This document shows, one piece after another, positions 1 through 10,100 of a stretch of 64,000 nucleotides of DNA; the first letter of the stretch is position 1; each line of letters starts with the position of its first letter. This DNA comes from Saccostrea cucullata (Eukaryota). A program made the position numbers and the translations under genes. The notes under the pieces are model-generated. The model was not told the DNA's origin. It did not search any database and was given only the letters and a program-made list of their open reading frames with translations. Where the stretch lies: NCBI RefSeq assembly GCF_032062105.1, contig NW_026919759.1, forward strand, positions 1 to 64,000. The letters run 5' to 3'.

Positions 1-599
1 GAAGGCCCACTGTATATGATTATTATACCTAAATTGGAATAAAAACACACAAACAATTAACAAAGAGTTTTAACAAACGTTTATCCACATACCAGTCTAT
101 TAATTAGCTGAACACAGAATGTAAAGATTAAATTAATATTTAATAATTTTAATTCTACTTTAAAATAAATTGATTGTTTGTCTGTTTTATTCCAATTTAG
201 TTAATTATATAGGAGTTAAATAGTGATGGCGTGATCATCAAAACGCTTGAATATTCACGATGACGCTTCAAAAAGGCAACAGTTCATTCTGTGGCCCGGT
301 CAACAGTTTGACTGTTTCATGATCTCGCAAAAACATAAAATAAATCGTGAAACAGTTCAAAATGCGTAATTACATTTTATATAGTAGGTTAGGTAATAAT
401 TTAATATATGAGTCAAAATTGAAAAAAATATTTCCACAAATAGTTTGAAAAATATTTTTTAATTGTTTCCTAAAATAAAATACTGATAGTAAAACATGTG
501 TGGTCAACAGAAATAAAAAGTAATTTATTGCTAGCTTTGCTGTTTTATGAATTCGGGGTACCTGTATTTCTCATGGTTTTGGTGTATAGAACACTTTAC

Positions 600-3500
600 C
601 TCTGTACAGAAAGGTGTTAACCTTGGATGAACGTCAGGTTCCACGTACGTGTGAAAAACAGCTTCTGACTCTAGTGTGGATGTGTTCAACTTGATCACTG
701 GGAATTCAATAATTTCCTATCATTTGAAAAAAAAAAAAAACATAAAAATTATAGGAGTCTGTAAAATCTATTATTTTTACATGCAATACGGAGCCTGTAA
801 ATGTTTTACGTGTAAAATAATTTTGTTGTTGCTGGGAAGCATGCAGTTAAGGGGAGGGAGCACAATTTAACCAAATTAACAGAAGGTTTTGACAAGTTGG
901 CATTCCAAAAAAGGTATCTCCTCAGATGTACAAGGGACACAACAATAGATATTAGATTTAAGTTGCCGTAAATTGGATTTGGAAGTCCCACCTATTATTC
1001 TTTTTAAAAGAATTTCACCTTGGATATATCTTGAATCTTAGATATTTTGAATATTGTATCATTTAATTTCTATGAAATACTTGATTCTGATTGGATAAAA
1101 AATTCTTTTGATAACTGCATCAATAAAATCTAGAGTTCGCTTGCACTAAGCAGCCGGAACTACTTTGGCACTCTTTACATGTATATTCCTGCTTCCAGAT
1201 TACTTTTTGAAGAAATAATTTAATACTTTTACTTTAATAAATAATTTCCTAAATTTCGGAACCTGTACGTTACGTTCCTGACTTATTTTCTACTTTTGTT
1301 TCATTTTGAATTATCCCCCTTTGCTAAACAAATCAAATTGTCTGCATGACGACAATACAGTTATGGGAAAGAAGGGAAGAAATCGTTTAATCGGGATATT
1401 TTTCTTAAATGTTTGACTTTGACATATCTGTTATGAAACAATAGAACTCTGAAAAAATGTTTTAATTATGCTACCAAAGTGGGGAAAACTGTAAATCTGT
1501 TAAATCATGGAAAACGAATGATCGAGAAAAATGACACTGCATGAATGAGGACGAAATTTTTTTAATCTTGAACAGTCGGCAGCAGACTCTTTCAGGTTTT
1601 ACAGCATTGACAGGTACTTATTCATACATTCGTTTTGAAATTCAGATGGAAAAAGATGCGCAAATAAAATCCAAGATTTCTGTGACCGAGAAATGTTAGG
1701 ATATTTGAGTAGCTTCCCTTTATATTTATGAACTAAGATAACTTACCTGGAAAATTATACTCAGAAGGATAACAAAACAGGTAAGTTTTTGTGTTAAAGA
1801 ATTGTAAATTATTTCAGAGAATGTTGGTAATCATACAATAATATTTGAGAACGTTTTTTTCCTTAGCATGGTTAGAGCCAATTTGAATTTTCAGCAACGT
1901 TAATGTTATGGTGATGTATTCGTGCGCACTGTTTTTGATGCTTAAAAACATGTTAAATTTAATAGGAAAGTGAAAGAAACTTTCATTTTATTAATTTAAA
2001 ATCATAATTAAATGATAAGAAATGATAAGTTTTCCGTCCAAATTTTTTCTTTGATACATAGATCAAAGAAAAAAATATTACATTCATTTCTTAAATCCTA
2101 TGAATCTCAAAGTTTATTCTCAACCCCACTGAGTTCGAGATAATGAAATTTGACTGTAAGCCCTAGAACATTTTTGACTGAATAATGGACAAGCTTGTTG
2201 TATATGTACAGGTCTGGTACAATCACTAGATTTAGCTACATAGCTTGATTTACCTACATCATGTACATAGCGTTATTTACCTACCTGAGGTAGCTTTATT
2301 TAGCTACCAAATTGATTTATTTCTATTAAAAAGCATTTTTCTCAGGGTGTGCAGAAAATATCATTTTGATGCAGTGATCATTTTCAACTTTGAACTCATC
2401 TGAAAACAACTCATGAAAAAATCCCTCTTGGAAAAATGTCTTTTTCTGCCCAATCGCAATCAAAGTTCTGAAAGTTTTGGGGCTATGTATGACAGTTAGA
2501 ACAGTTACTCCTTGAATGAAATGACAAAGAAGTCCAGTTCCGGTTAACATGGATAACAGGGGTTCAAAATTTTTAATGTATTCAGCACAATGTGAAGTAA
2601 ATTTTAGGCAAGCCTCACCACGCCCAAAGATAGGACAGTTAACCAAACAATTGAATTTATGTAATTTATAATTTATTTTCATTTGTTGCATTGAATGTAT
2701 AAAGATATATGTATTAATATATGTTTTATTTTTCCTCCATAAACTGTCATATAGTTTTACGGTATGTCAACACAATACCAAACTGATAGATTACTGGTAC
2801 ATTACAATAACTTTTACACATGTACTTCTGAATAAACCATCTGTTACAATAAACAGAAATTAGAAAGTAAGTCACAGCTATTAAAACAATTTAACAAACT
2901 CATTGCCGTTTGTCATATAGGAGGAAACATGCGGAATTGCTTAAAAGCAAGAGTCTAACCGCAACGGAAAATAAAAAGACGGATTGTATTTTCAAAACGT
3001 TCGTAATGTTTTATGGGTAAACGCCCACAAGTTTTACATTTTTACGTTACATTTAAGAATTTGCTTTATTTTTAGCTTTACGACCATTTTTTTTAACTTA
3101 TAAAAAAGCAACATGTTAGCCAAGTCCCAGGACAACCGACATAACTTCGTCAAAATTCGTAAGTTTCCAGTGACGTCATTTGTATCATTTCCGAAGGGCA
3201 AGGTGAAGGCCGGTGTTGTAATAGGTCGGTAATTTTTCAGCACAATGTAAGTAAGGCAAAATCATTCACCGCGCCCAATAGATAGGACAGTTAACCAAAC
3301 AATGGAATTAATTTTTTTCTATTTTTGATGTTACGATCTCTGCTAAGGACATTGGGTATAAATATCAATAGTCATTTAATTCGACTTTTTGACTCTTTTT
3401 AATAAAAAGAAATCTTTTGAAAACTTACCTTGAAATAGCTAAATAAAGCTACCTGAGGTAAGTAAATAAAGCTACGTAGGTAATTCTACCTACGTAGCTA

Positions 3501-3734
3501 AATCTAGTGATTGTACTGGACCTGATGTACACATACAGCACCAACCTGTGGAATAAGTGGAGCCTTTTTATCACACGTCGCCTCAAAATCCAGAATCAGA
3601 AGATATTTGAAAAGTTGCTCCTTTTTGTTGCTCGCCATATCTTTTACTTGGATGTTAATTAGTTTTCTGGTGTGTATCTGACGAACGTAATTGCACAACT
3701 TGAACTTTGCAAGTCTACGAAATGTTACTTTCAT
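600..3734 (-). CDS. ERI3: ERI1 exoribonuclease 3 (DEDDh 3'-5' exonuclease), first two coding exons; gene continues beyond the left edge
   Basis: Exon 1 3734(or 3638)..3546 encodes ...FKYLLILDFEATCDKKAPLIPQ (ExoI DFEAT motif) and ends at CAG|GTTGG. Exon 2 716..600 (AG/GT bounded, 117 nt) encodes EIIEFPVIKLNTSTLESEAVFHTYVEPDVHPRLTPFCTE, typical of ERI3. Confidence 0.88.
1057..2096. mobile_element. Probable non-autonomous interspersed repeat (possibly Crypton-like) in ERI3 intron 1
   Basis: Begins TATCATTT and has AAATGATA near the other end followed by an AT-rich terminal segment; no ORF. Family assignment comes from recalled end architecture only. Confidence 0.3.
2209..3524. mobile_element. 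Non-autonomous TIR DNA transposon (MITE) in ERI3 intron 1
   Basis: Termini CAGGTCTGGTACAATCACTAGATTTAGCTAC ... GTAGCTAAATCTAGTGATTGTACTGGACCTG, with subterminal AGCTAC/TACCT repeats; ATGTA flanks both sides. Confidence 0.75.
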
Positions 3735-3739
3735 TTTCG

Positions 3740-4141
3740 AGGTAAATGTGCGAGAGAAAGGTTTCGATGCCGCATTAATTGAATTTTATGTTTTACGCAA
3801 AGGACGCTTTTGCATTAACAAGATTGGGTATAGCATCATTTTGAGAGAATGTCAAGAAATCTAAGGTATATTACATTTTTGTAACTTATGCAGAGCTCTG
3901 TAGAGCTCTCTAGTTACCCACATTCTTTTGCGCATCTATAAAATATCAAAAATGAGATGGCGCAAGTTTCAAAAGGTCAACATATAAAGTCACGTGACTT
4001 TGTAGTCCAACCTTGACCTTCTATGAAAATAATCTGTGAGATCACTGACAGTTGAAATTATTAAAGAGTAAAACCACGAGATTTTACCTTTATTTTCAGC
4101 AGCACAACCATAATAAATGGACATAGAATGACTCTGTTAAG
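3740..4141. promoter_or_regulatory. Bidirectional promoter of ERI3 and the SARA/endofin gene, plus a likely non-coding first exon ending at donor AAG|GTAACA (4141)
   Basis: Head-to-head gene arrangement; TATAAAG at 3983, palindromic AAGTCACGTGACTT at 3987-4000, AGGTCA/TGACCT half-sites, YY1-like GATGGCG. Confidence 0.5.
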
Positions 4142-5714
4142 GTAACACAGCTATTATTTATGTCTCTTGCTTTACTTTGACTTTGATGTGTGATATTTTG
4201 GGACAGGTGGTCATCTGATGTTGACAGTGGTCTCAGATCCTCTTTCCTTCAGATGATACAGCCGTAACGGGTAGGGATGATCAAGATGGACAAACACACG
4301 GAATATACACAACCTTTGAAAACCAGAATTTTTTGTATTTATTTTACTTCTTGAACTAACAGTACTTACTGACACAGTGGGGGAGTGGGGATGATTCAGC
4401 AGTGAATTCTGGCACCCTGATAGGAAACAGTGGTCTTTATCATAGGCGCTTGGTTTCAAAATGGCGTATTTTGTGTATTATGTGTTTTTCTAGGTGTGTC
4501 TGAATATGCTCATTAAAATAAAAATAAAAATTCGCTGAAATTAGCACGTTTTAAACATGTCATATTTACTGTACAGTATATAAAAAGAAAGAAATGAGCG
4601 TCACTCGCCATATTGAAAATCGGGGGGTACCTTGGTTCATACTTAATTTTCACCTATATCTACATTTTTCCTACCGGTCTCGGGTGAGATTTACCTTCAT
4701 AAATGGTTGAATAATGCCTTTCAAACGTCTGCCAATTTGAATCTGCCGTATAAAACATGCATTAAACCCAAAACGTCCTCGATACCAAGCACAGAAATGG
4801 AAAGCAACAGAAGTGCCGATTTCTAACGATGAAAAATATAAAGGCATCCCGGAATAACATGGAAAATCTAGAGAGGTTAGAAACCACGCCGAACTTATTC
4901 TCTGTAGATTTTCCATGTAATTCCGGGGACGTCTCTACATTTTTCATTGTTAGAAATCAGCACTTGCATTGCTTTCAATAAACAGGTGCAAGAATCTACA
5001 ACATTTCGGTTCACTGCATGTTTAAAACGGCATATGTAGTTAACAAATGATAGTGAGTAGTCATTCAATCATTTTTGAACTTAATTTTACTATCGGTGCA
5101 ATTCACACTCCGTAGTCCAAATTTTATTTAAAGTTACAAACTCCCTGACAAACTTTTAGAATCAACCCAATTTACCAATCAGGGAAATTAGTTATTAAAT
5201 AATCTTAGTACATGTAAAGACTATATTTGTGGAGAATATTGTAGAGTGTGGAGACGTGTTTCACATTTTAAAAAGTTATCTCCTTAGTCCTTAAGCTTAT
5301 TTCTCACTAAGTGTATCCTTAGTATTAACTTATCTATGAATTTTAAGTAATATTGTAATTGTTTCCCTCATATGATTGATTCCTCACATTCCTGACCAAA
5401 TGTTAATTGTCTATGTATACATAAAAAGATAACAGTTCTTGGAAATCCCTTTGAAATATTTTTCTTTAAAATTTGGAAAGAATTGGTAATTTCTGAGACA
5501 GAATTATGTTTCTTCATTTATTATTATTATTGGATATGCATGTATATATTAATTTATTGATAAGCTGTTTCCATGAGATAACCATATTACATGTACTATT
5601 TATCCAATATTGATTTATTTACCAAGGTGGTATTACTATAAGTAAAGTATTTGTGACAGGAAGTATATTTTTTTCCAGTATTATGATTATTTCTATACAT
5701 GGTCTAGTAGCTAG

Positions 5715-6090
5715 CAGAGCTGCCAACCCTTACGATTTTGGCGTAAGGCATACGAAATCAGCATCTAAAATACGCCTTACGATTTCTCTCTATATTCTTC
5801 TGATTTCAGTTTTTCTCGTTCAAATTTTATAATACCCGTATTTTCATCGCTGGCACTCTATAGGTTCTACTGTTATAAATGAATATATTCATAATTCTTA
5901 CAACGCTTGCTTGTATCATCGTTTCGATTTTAGAAGGCCAATCACATTCATATCAGTGTTTTAAAGTAAACAAAATGGAAACATGCCTCAGATTGCATGT
6001 CCATTTACAAAACATCTTCAGCGGCAGGGGGCCTAGGTGGTCCCTAGACCCCGCCTTACTATATTTCATTTCAGAATGTTGGCAGCTCTG
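5715..6090. mobile_element. MITE with CAGAGCTGCCAAC termini
   Basis: Perfect 13-bp TIRs CAGAGCTGCCAAC / GTTGGCAGCTCTG; AGCTAG duplicated on both flanks. Confidence 0.8.
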
Positions 6091-6294
6091 AGCTAGTTTC
6101 TCTGGTACATCTGTATATTAGAGACTTAGCACTAGATTTTGTCTGTGGGAAATATTTAACTCAAACAGTTGAACACCCAATAGAACGAATGAATATCTTG
6201 AAGAGATTATTAGCAATTCATTTGGTTTCTGAAAGTCAGTGATAGGGAAACCTGTAAACTATCACTTCAGTAGATATATTATTAAGCATGCATA

Positions 6295-6510
6295 CCGTAA
6301 ATCTGGAAATTTTTGCTGTAGATAAATTTTTAGCAAATTTGCGAGTTCATTTGCATTCGCAAAAATATTTTTCTTAAAAACAAATTACCAATAAGAAAAT
6401 GTAAACAAAGCAGTGGTCATTTGCAAAATTTTGAAACGTAAAAATTAATCAACAGCATTTTGACCCAAATTCGCAAAATAAAATTGACGTAAAAATTTCC
6501 AGATTTACGG
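6295..6510. mobile_element. TA-flanked MITE (Tc1/mariner-type)
   Basis: TA-CCGTAAATCTGGAAATTTTT ... AAAAATTTCCAGATTTACGG-TA. Confidence 0.8.
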
Positions 6511-7116
6511 TATATTTATTTACAGTATAAAACTCAACATGATTCATATATAAATCTCAGAAAAAATATCTCTGGCAACAAACCTTTCTACAGAGAAAGT
6601 GAGTTTAGCTGGTTGCTACTTCTAGTTAGATAACATTATATGATTTATTTCATGACCTTTCCTTTACACAGTTAATGAGCTAACCCCTTTACTCCCACCC
6701 ACCCCACAAAAACACAGATTTATTAACAAATGTTCTTACATTGCAGTAATTGAGTTATTGGGTTTGACAGGTAGGAAGCTGGATTAGCAGGATGACTGAT
6801 GACATTACCTGTAATTAGGGGAGATGACTGATGACATTACCTGTAATTAGGGGAGGGCATTGTCCCCGTCACTCACAGGTGAGTCAACTATAAAGGGCGT
6901 GGCTGTCCTGACAATGAAATGATCGATTGGTTACTGATACAATTCATGTCAAATCTAGAGCAGTCAGAGTTAAAGTCTATTGATTTCATACTGAGATCAC
7001 TTATAAAAAAAAAAATTGATTTGGAAAAGTTGAAGAAATTAAACATGTGGAGGCATGGTTTCTTATATTTTTATTTTTTTTTCCAATTTACAGTGCTGTG
7101 ACCTTAAAAAGCAAAT

Positions 7117-10100
7117 ATGGATAGCTTAATTGTTGATTTGGACAAAGTTTTAGATGATTTTGAGGCAGAAGGTGAGCACATAAAAGAATTCGTGAAAAAA
7201 GCAGTTCAGAATAAAATTGTTTCCAGCAGAAAACATAATGATACTTACTTTATTGATAACTGATCTTTTTTTATTTCTACAGCAAATTTCATAGAGTTAC
7301 AAACTATGTTACACAACAATTCTATGTTTCTATGAAAATGATTCAATCCATAGAAAAAAAAAATCCTCGAAAGGGGGATCTGTTTCAGTAAAATTTTAAA
7401 GATATTGACTGTGACTTTGTTTTATTGTTCAGAGACAGGAGGGAAGGGATGCCCAGGGCAGGAGACCAAGCCCTCGGATTTCTCCAGCTACGTGGCCCTG
7501 AAGAGTGACAGGCCCTGGGAGGAGCTCTCTAACGTCACCAGCACTACCGACTCAACGTGGACAGCCGGCGTTAATCACACCAATGAAATGGCAGCCTACG
7601 ACATCCCGTACAGTCCGAGTGATCAGTTCGACCTCTCAGAGGCAGACTTTGCCCCGGCCACAGAATATAAAACTGGTTCCTCGTACAAAACTGGTTCCTC
7701 CGAGAATAGTGCTACCAAAGTGGCTACCAAGCCTAGTCACCTGGTGATGAATGGTGATCACAAACTGGATCTGAGCCAGGTCATCACAAACGGATCTCAG
7801 GACTATAAATACCCCATACAGGCTCGGGACGAGTTTACTCCGGTGTACGAGAACCAGCCATTTCCCCCCGACCTGGCCCACGCCATCTCAAACGGGGTCA
7901 ATAAGTCAAATCTAACTTACATTCAGGAGATCGGTGAGAAATCAGAGGAATTGAATCCCTCATATCAGACTTACACTAACAATACGGGGACGTACACCCC
8001 ACCCAGGATAAAATCTCACCAACACGTGGTACCCACCACCTATCCCTCGGTGGATAATTCCATTGACTCTGGTGTTAACAGTATAGACAGTAACATGACC
8101 CTCTCCCCTACAAACTTAACACTGCGACCAATGCCGATTCACGCTGGAAACTTCATACAGACACAGGAGGCCATGGAAGTCAGTGGTACTTCACAATCCC
8201 AAAGTCGTGACGCACTGGCCAGGCAGGAAAATATAAGGTCAGTGAAACCACAGACTCCACAAATAGTGGACAACTGTGAGGAACAGACAGGGTCTTCTAG
8301 TCATGACATTGTTAATGATGTCAAGGTTTTCAACCAGAAATCTATCTCTGTTTCTGAGCCGAGGTTTGATGTGAACAATACGGAGGGCAGGCCCTCAAAC
8401 AGGACAGATTTGTCTGTAGGATCAGACAAACAGACAGACAGTGCAATCAGTAACAGACAGACAGACAGTGAGGGTGAAGTGAGTTCTAGCAAGGAGCAAT
8501 CTCCCAATGAACAAAGTATTAAGTCATGTGATAAGACAGAAAGGAGTCTGGATTCTGTTTCCTCGTCGATGTCACATGACATCTCACCTGATTCAACGGA
8601 GCCTAAATACGTTGTACAACCTAAGACAGAACTAGACGTACAAGGGAGTGGCTATTCTGTAGACTCTGACGGTCCTGTAAGTCTGTCTGACACAGTGGAA
8701 CCCCCCAGTAATAAAGAACAACTGGATAAAGAACAAGTGAATGTTAGAGATAGTGAACCCATAGAGGGCAGTAAGATCAGTTCAAACAGCAAGCTGCCAA
8801 CTTCAGATTCACCAGCAACTGTGGGAATATCTCCCATAACTACAAACTCTAATTCAGCAGTGGGATTCTCTCCCGTAACTACAAACTCTAATTCAGCAGT
8901 GGGATTTTCTCCTGTAGCCACAAATTCTAATTCAGCAGTGGGATTCTGTGACACAGAAGTAGACATATCAGACTTGGACAATTATCTTGGTGATGTTAGT
9001 AATATAGAAACTGATGGACAGAATGCTAGTGTTCACCCAGAAAAATCTTTGATCCACACCACAGATTTCACAGATTCTACTCAAAGACAAGTACAACAAA
9101 GTGATACTGAGAGTGAAAATTTGATGACGGATAAAGTGATTCAGCCCGTTAACTGTGATGTACGTGATGAAAATGTTGCTGGGGAACGAATCAACAATGG
9201 CCAAGAAATGGTGAATGAACAAATCTCTCAGGGTGATGGATTTACTATGGAAAATTCTGTTATACAGAATGAGTCAACTACCAGTTTGGGGGACCAGAAT
9301 CTAAAGTCAATGCCTCCCAATATGGGCGCTCGTCCTAAAGAACCCCAACAACTAATGGCCACCCCTCCAACTGAACCACCAAAGGCATTAGAGGCTGAAC
9401 CAAAGGAATTCACAGATCTAACTGTTCATAGTGAGCAAAATATAAAACAGGCCTCATCAGTTCAAAGTGAGCAAGTGGTCAGCAAATTTGACCCGAGCGT
9501 TCCGAACCATGACTCAGTGGAAGAGATGGATCCTGACCTTGCGGCAGCCATCGCTCTGTCACTGCAGGAGAGTGGGTTAGAGGGGGCTGTGATGAGGCAC
9601 CCAGGGGATACTGGTCAGCTGGCAGACCGCCCCCACTCCTGGGGTCCCGGGGAGGGAGGCACTCATCCACAGAGGCGGCCCAACAGTCTGAACCTCCCCC
9701 CACGAGGGGAACACGGTCATGAGAGGTCGTCGGCTCCCTATACATTCCCCTACCCCAGTAACTCAGAGACCAGTCCAGAGGTGGACGGAGAAACAGAGAA
9801 TAGGGCTTCACAGGGTGAGAGAGGAACTTTACACAAATTCTTTATTACATGCAGAACATTTTGTTAGCACAATTTATGAATTTATCACATATTTAGATAA
9901 CAAAAAAGTTCATTTGAATTTCTTTAGCCATCATGGCATGTCAAGAATGGGATGTAAAGATAGGGCAAACCTACATTGTACCTGTTATATATCTGTCTGT
10001 TGAATATTTTGTTAAGAAAGGGGTATTTTTTTCAGATCTGAACACTTTGCCTGAAGACACAGTACCGTATGAAGAACCTGTGGGGGCAGGATATAATCCC

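Noticed and set aside
6790-6860. Hammerhead ribozyme suggested by tandem CTGATGA
   Set aside because: No matching GAAA core or flanking stems could be built.
7405-9867. 820-aa ORF as a standalone gene
   Set aside because: It is the large internal exon 7433-9814 of the SARA/endofin gene; both ORF ends are intronic.
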